Program-made: the position numbers and the translations under genes
Shown here: one piece after another, positions 9,049-18,151 of the stretch
How positions within the stretch are numbered: the first letter of the stretch is position 1
Layout of the letters: every line of letters begins with the position of its first letter
Notes under the pieces: generated by a model
Told to the model about the DNA's origin: nothing
The model's database searches: none
The model's input: only the letters and a program-made list of their open reading frames with translations
DNA from: a virus
Taxonomy: Duplodnaviria > Caudoviricetes
IMG/VR virus record: IMGVR_UViG_3300038313_000220
Coordinates: 1 to 25,932 of that record
Reading direction: 5' to 3' (one strand)
Length of the DNA: 25,932 bases

Positions 9049-10309
9049 AGTCTATTCTCAAAAGCAGCAGCAGCTTCTCCAGATCTGGCAGCAGCACAAG
9101 CTCCGGCGCATCAATCTACTGGAAGGCTCCGTCCGTTCCGGAAAGACATGGATCAGCTTAGTACTTTGGGCGTTCTGGGCAGCAACAATGCCACAGGAAA
9201 GTAATTACCTGATGGTAGCAAAGACACTCACTTCCCTACGCCGTAACTGTCTGGACCTGCTGCAAGCATTGGTTGGCAAGAATCATTTTTCCTACTCTTT
9301 GAGTAAAAAAGAAGGCTGCCTATTTGGGCGGCTTATTTATTTGGAGGGTGTCAACGATGCGCGTGCAGAAAGTAAGATTCGCGGCATGACACTGCAAGGT
9401 GCTTACTGTGACGAACTAACGCTATTCACGGAGGACTTCTTCTCTATGCTGCTGTCCCGTCTCTCCTGCCCCGGCGCAAAGCTGATTGCCACAACAAACC
9501 CAGACAGCCCACAGCACTGGCTCAAAGTCAAGTACATTGACCGCTGTGCGGAGTTGGATATGCTCTGTATGCAATTCCTGATTGATGACAACCCCTATCT
9601 TGACCCGGCATACATTGCAAATCTGAAAAAAGAATACTCCGGCGTCTATTATGACCGTTTCATTCTTGGCCTTTGGAAAACGGCAGACGGCCTGATTTAC
9701 CGGCAGTTTGCAGACAATCCCGAGCACTGGATGGTTGATACGGTGGACAAAAAGCAGATTGATTTTATCAGCATCGGCATTGACTTTGGCGGCAACCGCT
9801 CCCTAACCACATTCGTTGCCACCGCTGTCATGCGTAATTACAGTGAATTAGTTGTGCTGCGGGACTACCACATTGCAGGCAAGAAAGGCGAAATTGACGC
9901 TGATCGAATGGCACGCGAATTTGTTGGATTCATTCGGAAACTTCAGGCAGACTATCCGGGCATCTACATTCGTTACTGTTTTGCCGACTGCGCAGAACAA
10001 TACTTGATTACGACCCTGCGCAAGGCATTACTGGCCGCTGGGCTGAATATCCCGGTTGGTGACAGCGACAAAAACGCTATTACTTCCCGCATTATCTGCA
10101 CCAACACGCTGCTGAACACCGACCGGCTGCACCTTATGCGCGGCTGCGATTTGCTGCGGCGCGGATTAGAGGGCGCTGTATGGGACAGCAAAGCGGCGCA
10201 AAAAGGTGAGGACAAGCGACTGGATGATTTCACATCCGACATTGATATTCTGGATGCGTTCGAGTATTCCTTTGAACGTTTCATGCGAAAGCTGGTGAAA
10301 ACAACATAA
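9041..10309 (+). CDS. terL: Terminase large subunit (PBSX-family-like)
   Basis: Walker A EGSVRSGKT, Walker B AYCDE, coupling motif TTNP, nuclease GIDFG and DILDA. Confidence 0.95.
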   Translation: MSKVYSQKQQQLLQIWQQHKLRRINLLEGSVRSGKTWISLVLWAFWAATMPQESNYLMVAKTLTSLRRNCLDLLQALVGKNHFSYSLSKKEGCLFGRLIYLEGVNDARAESKIRGMTLQGAYCDELTLFTEDFFSMLLSRLSCPGAKLIATTNPDSPQHWLKVKYIDRCAELDMLCMQFLIDDNPYLDPAYIANLKKEYSGVYYDRFILGLWKTADGLIYRQFADNPEHWMVDTVDKKQIDFISIGIDFGGNRSLTTFVATAVMRNYSELVVLRDYHIAGKKGEIDADRMAREFVGFIRKLQADYPGIYIRYCFADCAEQYLITTLRKALLAAGLNIPVGDSDKNAITSRIICTNTLLNTDRLHLMRGCDLLRRGLEGAVWDSKAAQKGEDKRLDDFTSDIDILDAFEYSFERFMRKLVKTT

Positions 10310-11799
10310 TGGACAATTTGGAAACAGCACCGATTCTGCAATACCTCAACAAGAAGTATGGTACAAACCTACAAACACAATATTACAATCATATCCGGCT
10401 TTGGAAAGCATGGTGGCGTGGTTATGTAAAGTCATTCCACCGTTACTATGAGCTGGATGGTGAACGGAAGCTGGAACGCAAACTGTACAGCATGAAGATG
10501 GCAAAAAAGGTCTGCGAGGACTGGGCTTCCATCCTGCTAAATGAAAAGACAGAAATTGCGATTGCGGATAAAGCAAGCAGTACCTTTGTGCAGGGGGAAA
10601 AGCAGGTCACTGGTGTACTGGGCGAAAATGATTTTTGGAGCAAAGGCAATGAGCTGGTGGAACGTGCCTTTTATAGCGGAACGGGTGCTTTCGTACTGCG
10701 GCTGCTAAATGCTCCGGTCAATGCTTCCGGCACGATTCTGCGCGGCCCCGAGTCCCGCATTGCCATCACCTACCTTGATGCGCCATACATCTTCCCTATC
10801 TCCACGCAGGCCGGGCACATCACGGAAGCCGCCTTTGCATCTGTGCAGCTCGTACATGGCAAATATCAAATTTACTTAGAGGAACACACACGCGGCAAAG
10901 ACGGGCTGTATGTTATCAGCAATGAACTGTTTGCCTATGACGACGGTTCCTTCCGACCTCTGCCCCTGCCGGATGGGATTGCACCCGTTATCAATACGGG
11001 TTCCGCCATACCGTGGTTCTCCATCATTGAACCGAACCTTTCCAACAACCTCCCCTACTCCAATGGCATGGGGCTTTCCATCTATGCCAACGCCATTGAT
11101 GAACTGCAGAATGTGGATATTGCATTTAATAACTTCGTCAAGGACTTTAAGCTTGGCGGGAAAAAAGTTTTCTATGATCAGTCGCTGACCCGACACAATG
11201 AAAAAGGCGCGGTCATTACACCGGACGACATGGCACAGCAGTTGTTCCTCACCGTCCCCTCCGGCAATGGTCTGGACGACGATAGTAAGCTTCCCCTGCA
11301 TGAGTACAACCCCGCCCTGCGGGTGGAGGAAAACACAAAGGGCATTCAGGCGGCACTTGACTATCTCAGTTTCAAGTGTGGGCTTGGCACCCGATTTTAC
11401 GCGTTCAACGGCGGTACCATCCAAACCGCCACACAGTACACCGGCGAGCGGCAGGACCTTGTTCAGAACGCCAATAAGCATTACATTGTGGTGGAACGTG
11501 CTCTGCAAAATCTTGTGCGCGGCATTCTCTATATTGGCCGGGAATTTTTAGGCCAGCCAGTGGACGAAAACTGCGATATTGAAATTCAGTTTGAAGACTC
11601 CTATATCATTGACAAGGAACAGGAACGTGAACGGGACCGGCAGGACGTGCGGGATGGTCTGATGCAGAAATGGGAATACCGTGTCAAGTGGTACGGAGAA
11701 AACGAGGAAGAAGCGAAAGCTGCACTGGGACCCGCGGTGGATCTGCAAAATCCGTTTGGATTTAAACAACAGCAGGGTGATGGCAATGCTGACACCTAA
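10309..11799 (+). CDS. Portal protein (SPP1 Gp6/A118-like)
   Basis: 496 aa after TerL; GLSIYANAID, TATQ, FEDSYIIDKE, GLMQKWEYRVKWYGE motifs. Confidence 0.93.
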   Translation: MDNLETAPILQYLNKKYGTNLQTQYYNHIRLWKAWWRGYVKSFHRYYELDGERKLERKLYSMKMAKKVCEDWASILLNEKTEIAIADKASSTFVQGEKQVTGVLGENDFWSKGNELVERAFYSGTGAFVLRLLNAPVNASGTILRGPESRIAITYLDAPYIFPISTQAGHITEAAFASVQLVHGKYQIYLEEHTRGKDGLYVISNELFAYDDGSFRPLPLPDGIAPVINTGSAIPWFSIIEPNLSNNLPYSNGMGLSIYANAIDELQNVDIAFNNFVKDFKLGGKKVFYDQSLTRHNEKGAVITPDDMAQQLFLTVPSGNGLDDDSKLPLHEYNPALRVEENTKGIQAALDYLSFKCGLGTRFYAFNGGTIQTATQYTGERQDLVQNANKHYIVVERALQNLVRGILYIGREFLGQPVDENCDIEIQFEDSYIIDKEQERERDRQDVRDGLMQKWEYRVKWYGENEEEAKAALGPAVDLQNPFGFKQQQGDGNADT

Positions 11800-13375
11800 G
11801 TATCTGGAACACTGCTCCGACGATATTGTAGAACTGTATAGTGAACTTGACCAGTTGATTGTCCGGGACGTTGTGCGGCGCATCATGAAAACCGGCCGTG
11901 TTACCACAACTGCCGCATGGCAAATCCTGCGGGCACAGGAATCCGGGACGCTGTATGAAGAAGTCATTGCCGAAGTTGCCCGCTGTACCAACGCATCCGA
12001 ACAGCAAGTGCAAAAGGTCTTTCGGGAAGCGGGGCTAAAAGCGATTGCTTATGACTGTACAGTCTATACGGCTGCCGGGCTGTCTCCCCCACCGCTGTCT
12101 ATGGCCCCTGCCGCCATGCAAGTGCTGAATGCCGGACTGCAAAAGACTAGCGGCTATCTGCAAAACCTCACTAAGACAACTGCCAACGGCGCGCAGCAAG
12201 CGTACATACACGCGGCAACAATTGCAGAAATACAGGTGGAAAGCGGCGCGTTTGATTATACCTCTGCTATCCGCAATGCAGTACGAGCAGCCATAGAAGG
12301 CGGTGACTGGGTAACCTACCCCAGCGGCCACCATGACCGGCTGGACGTTGCCGCACGACGCGCGGTGCTGACTGGCACCAATCAAACCGCGGCAGAAATA
12401 TCACTTTCTTATGCGGATGACATGGACTGCGACCTTGTCGAAACTACTGCTCATGCAGGCGCACGGCCATCTCATCAGGTCTGGCAGGGACAGGTATTCA
12501 GCCGTTCGGGCAAAAGCGACCAGTATGACGATTTTGAGAGTGCCACCGGATATGGCACCGGCGCTGGCCTTTGCGGCTGGCACTGCCGGCACAGCTTTTT
12601 CCCATTTTATGAAGGACTTTCAGAACGTGCTTACCCGAGCGACAAGTTAAAAACTTATGAAAACCAGGCGGTGCAGTATAACGGTGAAAAAATCAAATAC
12701 TATGATGCCACCCAGCGACAGCGTGCAATGGAGCGGGCAATCCGTGACAGCAAGCGAAAAGCCGCAGGATATGATGAAGCGGTAAAATCCGCAAAGGATG
12801 GGCCCACTGCCAAAGCCATGAAGCAGGAGTTTGATGCTGCCGCCGTCCGGCTGAAACAGCAGGAAGCGAAGCTGAAAGACTTCTGCAGTCAAACCGGCCT
12901 TTACCGCCAGCGTGAACGGGAGCAAGTCGTTGCCACGCGTGAAAATGCGGCACACACAACTGTTTCTTTTGGCCGCAGTCAGGCACAAAAAGCAGTACAG
13001 GCTGCAAAGGTACAGCAGCGGCTTGACTCTGCAAACAAGGAGTTGAACAGTCTGCGCGAGAGTGGTACAATTAGAGTAAAAGGGACGCTTGTAAAGGCTC
13101 CTGACGTACCAAACGCTCTAACTTTTAGCGGTCATGCTTTGGATAGACTGTCTGAGCGCGGTATGACTTTAAAAGATGTGAAACGCATCACGAAATCTCC
13201 TAAATTTGCAATCCGACAGCGCAATGGTATGCAGCATGTTTACTATTCGGAAACCGGATTTATTGCAATAAAATCAGATGGCACCGTGTCTTCTATTGGT
13301 CATCTTGATGAAGGAGGGAAAAAAGTATTGGAGGTGGCAAAAAAATATGGATTTTATCACGAATCCACAAAATGA
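11786..13375 (+). CDS. Phage minor capsid protein (Phage_min_cap2/MuF-type) with C-terminal toxin-like extension
   Basis: Likely start MLTPKYL at 11786; HAGARPSHQVWQG, GLCGWHCRHSFFPF, QRAMERAIR, RQREREQV; then ~150 extra residues ending in FSGHALDRLSERGM...YYSETGFIAIKSDGTVSS. Confidence 0.9.
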   Translation: MLTPKYLEHCSDDIVELYSELDQLIVRDVVRRIMKTGRVTTTAAWQILRAQESGTLYEEVIAEVARCTNASEQQVQKVFREAGLKAIAYDCTVYTAAGLSPPPLSMAPAAMQVLNAGLQKTSGYLQNLTKTTANGAQQAYIHAATIAEIQVESGAFDYTSAIRNAVRAAIEGGDWVTYPSGHHDRLDVAARRAVLTGTNQTAAEISLSYADDMDCDLVETTAHAGARPSHQVWQGQVFSRSGKSDQYDDFESATGYGTGAGLCGWHCRHSFFPFYEGLSERAYPSDKLKTYENQAVQYNGEKIKYYDATQRQRAMERAIRDSKRKAAGYDEAVKSAKDGPTAKAMKQEFDAAAVRLKQQEAKLKDFCSQTGLYRQREREQVVATRENAAHTTVSFGRSQAQKAVQAAKVQQRLDSANKELNSLRESGTIRVKGTLVKAPDVPNALTFSGHALDRLSERGMTLKDVKRITKSPKFAIRQRNGMQHVYYSETGFIAIKSDGTVSSIGHLDEGGKKVLEVAKKYGFYHESTK

Positions 13376-13544
13376 AGATGAGCAAGTGCTCTGCCCTATT
13401 TGGAACAAAAAAATTGCCGCCGGTCTGTGCTTTGACATCTCCAATATTGGTAATGACAGCTTGAATTTGCCGCCAAAGCTTCGTCCGCCATGTGGTTGGC
13501 AAAAAGCACACGAAATATGTGATAAATGTGAAAATTACAATTAA
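13347..13544 (+). CDS. Small Cys-rich putative immunity protein (65 aa)
   Basis: GGAGGT RBS, ATG 13347, overlaps the toxin-like gene end by 29 bp; CPIW...LCFDI...CGW...ICDKC; function inferred from position. Confidence 0.65.
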   Translation: MDFITNPQNEDEQVLCPIWNKKIAAGLCFDISNIGNDSLNLPPKLRPPCGWQKAHEICDKCENYN

Positions 13545-13618
13545 GCCGCCCGGCACACGCCCGGCGGTATTTTTACGCCCAATTTTAGAAACTGGCAGCC
13601 TTTTCGGGCTGCTTTTTT
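13545..13618 (+). terminator. Two tandem intrinsic terminators
   Basis: gccgcccggc-acac-gcccggcggt-attttt (13545-13574) and gcagcc-ttttcg-ggctgc-tttttt (13595-13618). Confidence 0.75.
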
Positions 13619-13629
13619 CATATTAACTT

Positions 13630-13707
13630 GCCCCTTCCGGCCGGGCTTAAAATGCCGGGACCGCATGGCGCAGAGTGGCTGCGCATTTATAAAATAAATC
13701 TATGCGG
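13630..13707 (+). other. Structured RNA leader of the scaffold gene (predicted pseudoknot plus three-way junction)
   Basis: gccc/gggc interleaved with ccggc/gccgg; ccgcat/atgcgg enclosing gcgcag/ctgcgc and atttat/ataaat. Confidence 0.5.
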
Positions 13708-13720
13708 CAAGGAGATTATC

Positions 13721-14320
13721 ATGGATATTAAAGAACTGTTCGGAGACAAATCCCTCACCTATGCCGACTTTGAAAAGGCCGCTGGTGAGCACAAAGCAAA
13801 GTTCGTTGACCTATCAGAGGGCGGCTACGTGGACAAAGGCAAGTTTGACGGGAAGGCAAATGAGCTAAAAACCGCCAACGACACCATTGCAGATCTGCAG
13901 GGCAAGGTGAAAACCTTTGACGGTGTGGACGTTGAAAAGCTGAAGCAGGACGTCAAGGACGCACAGACAAAGTATGACACCGATATCGGTAATCTGAAAA
14001 AGTCCAGTGCGGTCAATCTTGCATTGATGGGAGCGAAGGCACATGATGTCAAGGCCGTATTACCTTTTGTCAACATGGATGCCGTAACTGTGGATAACGA
14101 CAAAGTGATGGGACTTGACGAACAGGTACAGAACTTAAAAAAAGACAAGGCTTTTCTATTTGAGGATGAAAAGCCCGCAGAAGATAGCCAGACCGCCGGA
14201 CATGTCAGCAGTGCTGGAGAGCATCACGACTCCCCCGACACTAGCCTTGATACATTTGCTGCGGCGGCCTACAAAGCCGCGGGTATTTCTGCCCCGGAAG
14301 CAACAGGAGGTAAAGAATAA
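13721..14320 (+). CDS. Capsid scaffolding protein (Phage_GP20-like)
   Basis: AAGGAG RBS with ATG 13721; acidic/Lys-rich coiled coil, GLDEQVQNLKKDKAFLF; precedes the capsid gene. Confidence 0.88.
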   Translation: MDIKELFGDKSLTYADFEKAAGEHKAKFVDLSEGGYVDKGKFDGKANELKTANDTIADLQGKVKTFDGVDVEKLKQDVKDAQTKYDTDIGNLKKSSAVNLALMGAKAHDVKAVLPFVNMDAVTVDNDKVMGLDEQVQNLKKDKAFLFEDEKPAEDSQTAGHVSSAGEHHDSPDTSLDTFAAAAYKAAGISAPEATGGKE

Positions 14321-15201
14321 TGCCAAATTCGATTGAATATGCACAGAAATTTATGCCCGTTATTGACGGCCTTTACAAAGCCGCGTCCATTACCAATGGC
14401 ATGGATGCCGCCACAAAGCCCGATTTCACCGGCACGAATGAAGTAAAAATTATGAAAGTAGAATCTTCCGGCCTTGGCGATTACAGCCGGCAGAACGGAT
14501 ATCCGCAGGGAAATACAACCGTTGCATGGGAAACGCTCAAACTGACGGAAGAGCGCGGAACCGAACTGAGCATTGACCGTATGGACAACGAGGAAACGCT
14601 GGGTATGGCCTTTGGTGCAGTAACTGGTGATTTCATGCGCGTCCATGTCGTGCCGGAACTGGATGCCTATCGTTTCGCAAAATATGCCAGCGCAACAGAT
14701 ATTCAGAAAGCCCCTCCGGTTGCTCTGACAAAAGACACCATCATTCCCGCTATTGATGAAGCGGTCCGTGCTTTGGACAGCGCCGAAGCGGCTGCAGAAG
14801 GCCGCCGACTCTATGTCAACAGCGACCTGAAGCCGGTGCTGGCACAGGCGCTGAATCGTCAGTATGGCAGTGACAGTGCGGTAAATAATCAGCTGCAGAA
14901 TTACAATGGCCTGCCGATTGCTTATGTCCCCCCGACGCGTTTCTACACGGCCATTACGCTCAACAGCGGCGCCGACAAATTTGGCTTTGAAAAAGCCACG
15001 GGTGCGGCAGCAATCAATTTTATGCTGATTGACCCGAAAGCCATCACGCAGGTCGTGAAGTTTGCGCTGCCAAAGATTTTCGATCCGGACACCAACCAGA
15101 AGAATGATAGCTGGCTGTTTCAGTACCGCGAATATCACGATGCCTTTGTGTTGGATAACAAGGCTAAAGGTGTTTACCTGCACGCACAGCCGACTGCTTG
15201 A
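14320..15201 (+). CDS. Major capsid protein
   Basis: 293 aa; GLGDYSRQNGY, IDRMDNEET, VVPELDAYRFAK, YHDAFVLDNK; position. Confidence 0.92.
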   Translation: MPNSIEYAQKFMPVIDGLYKAASITNGMDAATKPDFTGTNEVKIMKVESSGLGDYSRQNGYPQGNTTVAWETLKLTEERGTELSIDRMDNEETLGMAFGAVTGDFMRVHVVPELDAYRFAKYASATDIQKAPPVALTKDTIIPAIDEAVRALDSAEAAAEGRRLYVNSDLKPVLAQALNRQYGSDSAVNNQLQNYNGLPIAYVPPTRFYTAITLNSGADKFGFEKATGAAAINFMLIDPKAITQVVKFALPKIFDPDTNQKNDSWLFQYREYHDAFVLDNKAKGVYLHAQPTA

Positions 15202-15212
15202 GGTGATGTGAT

Positions 15213-15356
15213 ATGTTGATTCAAAATGGCGGGATTTACCGCAATATCGACAGCAAGGATTTTCTCCGCTATGAAGGGATGGGCTACAAAGCAGTAAAAA
15301 GCGCTGCCGAACCAACAGCCAAATCAGGACAACCCGCGAAACCGAAAGGAAAGTGA
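15213..15356 (+). CDS. Small capsid-associated hypothetical protein (47 aa)
   Basis: GAGGTG RBS; MLIQNGGIYRNIDSKDFLRYEGMGYKAV...KPKGK*; fills the gap and overlaps the next gene; below ORF-track cutoff. Confidence 0.7.
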   Translation: MLIQNGGIYRNIDSKDFLRYEGMGYKAVKSAAEPTAKSGQPAKPKGK

Positions 15357-15742
15357 TTTGCTTGTATGCCGATTATGACTACTATCAGAGCACCTACCAC
15401 GGCACTTTGATTCCTGAGGCTGACTGGCCACACCGTGAACGGCAAGCGGCTGCCTTTATCGACCATATTACGTTTGGGCGGCTGCGGCATGGCTGGGAAA
15501 TTACTACTGATGCGCAAAGCGCTGTCTGCGCTGTGGCCGAAAAGTTACAGTTGCTTGACACAAACATGGGCATGCAAGTACAAGCTGCACGTGCAGCGGG
15601 TATTTCCACAGAAAATACAGACGGTTATTCCGTATCCTTCAAAAGTTCGGCAGAGGCACAGCAGGCACGAAACTCTGCGCTACTGGATGCGGCGAGTTTA
15701 TGGCTTCCAGCGAATGAACCGCTGCGGTATGCGGGGGTGTAA
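15353..15742 (+). CDS. Head-tail adaptor/connector protein
   Basis: YADYDYY, AVCAVAE, SENTDGYSVSF-like motif, LRYAGV end; position after capsid. Confidence 0.8.
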   Translation: MICLYADYDYYQSTYHGTLIPEADWPHRERQAAAFIDHITFGRLRHGWEITTDAQSAVCAVAEKLQLLDTNMGMQVQAARAAGISTENTDGYSVSFKSSAEAQQARNSALLDAASLWLPANEPLRYAGV

Positions 15743-15745
15743 CAG

Positions 15746-16096
15746 ATGCTCACAAATGCCGACTGCACTATTTATCACAAGGTGTATGACAGGGCGACGC
15801 ACCTCGACCGCTGGGAACGCACACAGTACCGCGGTGTCAACTGGTATGCCAAACAGGCAGCCACAGTCGGCGAAAGCGGCTTAATGGCGGCTGATACGCT
15901 GACCGTGCGCATTCCCGCCTCTGAATCGGATACCATTCCTGCCGCTGTGGGTGACATCATTGTGCGCGGGTTATTTGATACCGACATCACCCAGCCGAAA
16001 GAGCTTGACCAGCATGAACACTATACCATCACTGCCGTACGGGATAACCGCCGCGGCAGTCTTTTTATGCAGCATTGGAGGATTGAGGGAAAATGA
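15746..16096 (+). CDS. Head closure-type neck protein
   Basis: 116 aa, MLTNADCTIY...GDIIVRG...HWRIEGK; synteny. Confidence 0.7.
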   Translation: MLTNADCTIYHKVYDRATHLDRWERTQYRGVNWYAKQAATVGESGLMAADTLTVRIPASESDTIPAAVGDIIVRGLFDTDITQPKELDQHEHYTITAVRDNRRGSLFMQHWRIEGK

Positions 16097-16485
16097 ATGA
16101 CAGCATCCATATCACAACTCCGTCCGGAATGCGCGTCCATACGGGTTCTTTTGCAGCTGAATTAAAGTGGAACCATGTAGGCAGCAGATTCACCGGCAGT
16201 CTATCCCATGCCCAGTCTTTTTTAGACAGTGAGGTCCTGCGGCTTTCCTCCCCCTATGTCCCCTTCCGTACCGGTATGCTTGAAAAGTCCGGCATCCTCG
16301 GTACGCAAATTGGCAGTGGTGAAGTCCGCTGGACTGCTCCCTATGCAGCGGCACAGTATTACAATACCGCCGATACCCGCCGTTATGATCCCATGCGCGG
16401 CGGCCACTGGTTTGAGCGCATGAAAATTGACCATGGAGACGGAATTATCCGCGGCGCGAAAAAGTTAGGAGGCCGTAATGGCTGA
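16093..16485 (+). CDS. Minor capsid/neck protein (Minor_capsid_2-like)
   Basis: PYVPFRTGML, APYAAAQYY, GGHWFERMK. Confidence 0.8.
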   Translation: MNDSIHITTPSGMRVHTGSFAAELKWNHVGSRFTGSLSHAQSFLDSEVLRLSSPYVPFRTGMLEKSGILGTQIGSGEVRWTAPYAAAQYYNTADTRRYDPMRGGHWFERMKIDHGDGIIRGAKKLGGRNG

Positions 16486-16903
16486 CACGATTATTCAGTC
16501 TCTGCGGGATTACTTTCTCACCTGCCCCCTCATGGGCAACAATAAAATCAATGTGGACTTTCTGCCAGAAAAGGGGTTGGAATACTCCATTGATACGACA
16601 CCCGCAACAGAAATTATTAAAGAGTACACGAACGGAAGCAGTCTGCGGCAATATCTGTTTGTTATCCGTTCAGTTAACGATTACGGCTCAGATGTACTCC
16701 AAAACATAGCAAACTCCGGTTTTTATGAAAAGCTGTCCGAATGGATGGAGCAGAACACAAAAGCCGGTACACTGCCGCAGCTGCCTACCGGCAAAACCGC
16801 ACAAATCATACAGGCACAGTCTACCGGTTATCTGTTTACCACCAGTGCAGATGCTGGGCGGTATCAGATTCAGTGCAGGCTGCAATATTTACAGGAGGTT
16901 TAA
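16478..16903 (+). CDS. Tail terminator/completion protein
   Basis: 141 aa before the tail tube gene; RYQIQCRLQY C-terminus; synteny. Confidence 0.7.
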   Translation: MADTIIQSLRDYFLTCPLMGNNKINVDFLPEKGLEYSIDTTPATEIIKEYTNGSSLRQYLFVIRSVNDYGSDVLQNIANSGFYEKLSEWMEQNTKAGTLPQLPTGKTAQIIQAQSTGYLFTTSADAGRYQIQCRLQYLQEV

Positions 16904-16905
16904 AA

Positions 16906-17694
16906 ATGCCGAATGAAACAAAAGGCACGCCCATTTTTCGTAACCTGATTGCGGATTATTTGGATGTCAGCAAGACAGATACGCCGGACATTCATCTTAT
17001 GAGCGTGTTTGAAACAATTGACGAAGACCCGAAAGCGAAAACGCTTGACCGGCATTATACTGCCGACAAATCCACCAGTACCATTACTACCGGTTACCAG
17101 ACGCAGTTTCCCATTACCGGCGACCGCTACAAGGACAATGCGGTCACGGATTATATTGCCGCCATTGGCGAGGAACAGCTGCTTGGCGTGCAGACAAGTT
17201 ACTACCGCGTCAGCCTGTACCGGCCAATTTCTGGAAAAGCCAATACCTATTATGCGCGTAAATTCACCGTGGAATTTGCTGTTGACAAACTATCCGGCAA
17301 AGGCGGCGAAATTGCACAGTTAGAAGGCAACATGAACACGCAGGGTGATGTGACAATTGGAGAATTCAACACTGAAACTCTGCAGTTCACAGCCGCAACT
17401 GACAGCAGTCCGGCGCTTGGTGTGTTAACCGTTTCCAGCAATGCCGGAACCAATGTGGGGGATACCAAAATCACAGTGTCCCCTGCAAAAGCAACCGGAG
17501 ATAGTTATCGCATTCAAACGGCTGCGACAGTTACCCTACCCGGTTATGGTGACGATTGCAGCGGCCTGACTGCATGGGATGGCGCCGCAGATGTGGCAGC
17601 CGTTACCGGCAATCAAATTCTTGTTGTGGAAGTTGACAGCAGCAACAAGGCAATTGCAGCAGGCGTTGCCACAGTAACAAGTAAATCCAAATAA
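16906..17694 (+). CDS. Major tail (tube) protein with C-terminal beta-rich accessory domain
   Basis: GGAGG RBS with ATG 16906; tube domain to ~FTAA, then LTVSSNAGTNVGDTKITVSPA...VVEVDSSNKAIAAG. Confidence 0.85.
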   Translation: MPNETKGTPIFRNLIADYLDVSKTDTPDIHLMSVFETIDEDPKAKTLDRHYTADKSTSTITTGYQTQFPITGDRYKDNAVTDYIAAIGEEQLLGVQTSYYRVSLYRPISGKANTYYARKFTVEFAVDKLSGKGGEIAQLEGNMNTQGDVTIGEFNTETLQFTAATDSSPALGVLTVSSNAGTNVGDTKITVSPAKATGDSYRIQTAATVTLPGYGDDCSGLTAWDGAADVAAVTGNQILVVEVDSSNKAIAAGVATVTSKSK

Positions 17695-17698
17695 CAGG

Positions 17699-17721
17699 AA
17701 GCCCCAGTATAGGGGCTTTTT
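17699..17721 (+). terminator. Intrinsic terminator after the tail tube gene
   Basis: aagcccc-agtata-ggggctt-ttt. Confidence 0.75.
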
Positions 17722-17779
17722 ATGTCCGCCTCCTGCGCATGAACAGAAAGCGGGCTAAACTTTTTTTTGGAGGTACGTC

Positions 17780-18151
17780 ATGAGTAAAATTACAATTAAG
17801 GATACAGAACTTGACCTTGACATTTACGACGCGGACGAAAATGAGCGGGTACTTTCCGCTATTCAAAAGGCCCAAAAGGCTTTGACGGCTATCGACGGTG
17901 GGAATGACGACACCTCCGGTGGAATCCGCGATGCCTGCCATGCTGTATTTGAATGTTTTAATACTATTTTCGGAGATGGGACCGACCGTAAGATTTTTGG
18001 AAACAAGTGCAATCTGCGGGACGCTATGCGGGCAATCTTCCAACTGTGTGATGCGGTAAAGGTGCAGCGGGATGAATTTGAAGCCGAAACACAGCAGTTC
18101 ACCGCAAAATACAGTCCGAACCGCGCAGCACGCCGAGCGAAGAAAAAATGA
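17780..18151 (+). CDS. Tail assembly chaperone
   Basis: 123 aa; FNTIFGDGTDRKIFG, NRAARRA C-terminus; position. Confidence 0.8.
   Translation: MSKITIKDTELDLDIYDADENERVLSAIQKAQKALTAIDGGNDDTSGGIRDACHAVFECFNTIFGDGTDRKIFGNKCNLRDAMRAIFQLCDAVKVQRDEFEAETQQFTAKYSPNRAARRAKKK

Noticed and set aside
14269-15315. 348-aa minus-strand ORF
   Set aside because: Antisense shadow of the major capsid gene; no recognisable motifs or RBS.
15190-15356. A118-style frameshift extension of the capsid protein into the 47-aa ORF
   Set aside because: A TGA at 15204-15206 blocks that frame, and the small ORF has its own RBS.
11681-16905. ORF-track starts at 11681, 13278, 13628 and 16741
   Set aside because: Longest-ORF artefacts; RBS and family N-termini favour 11786, 13347, 13721 and 16906.
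18138-18151. Programmed -1 frameshift joining tail chaperone and Gp15-like gene
   Set aside because: G AAA AAA before TGA is not a canonical X XXY YYZ heptamer and the ATGA overlap explains coupling; not excluded but unsupported.
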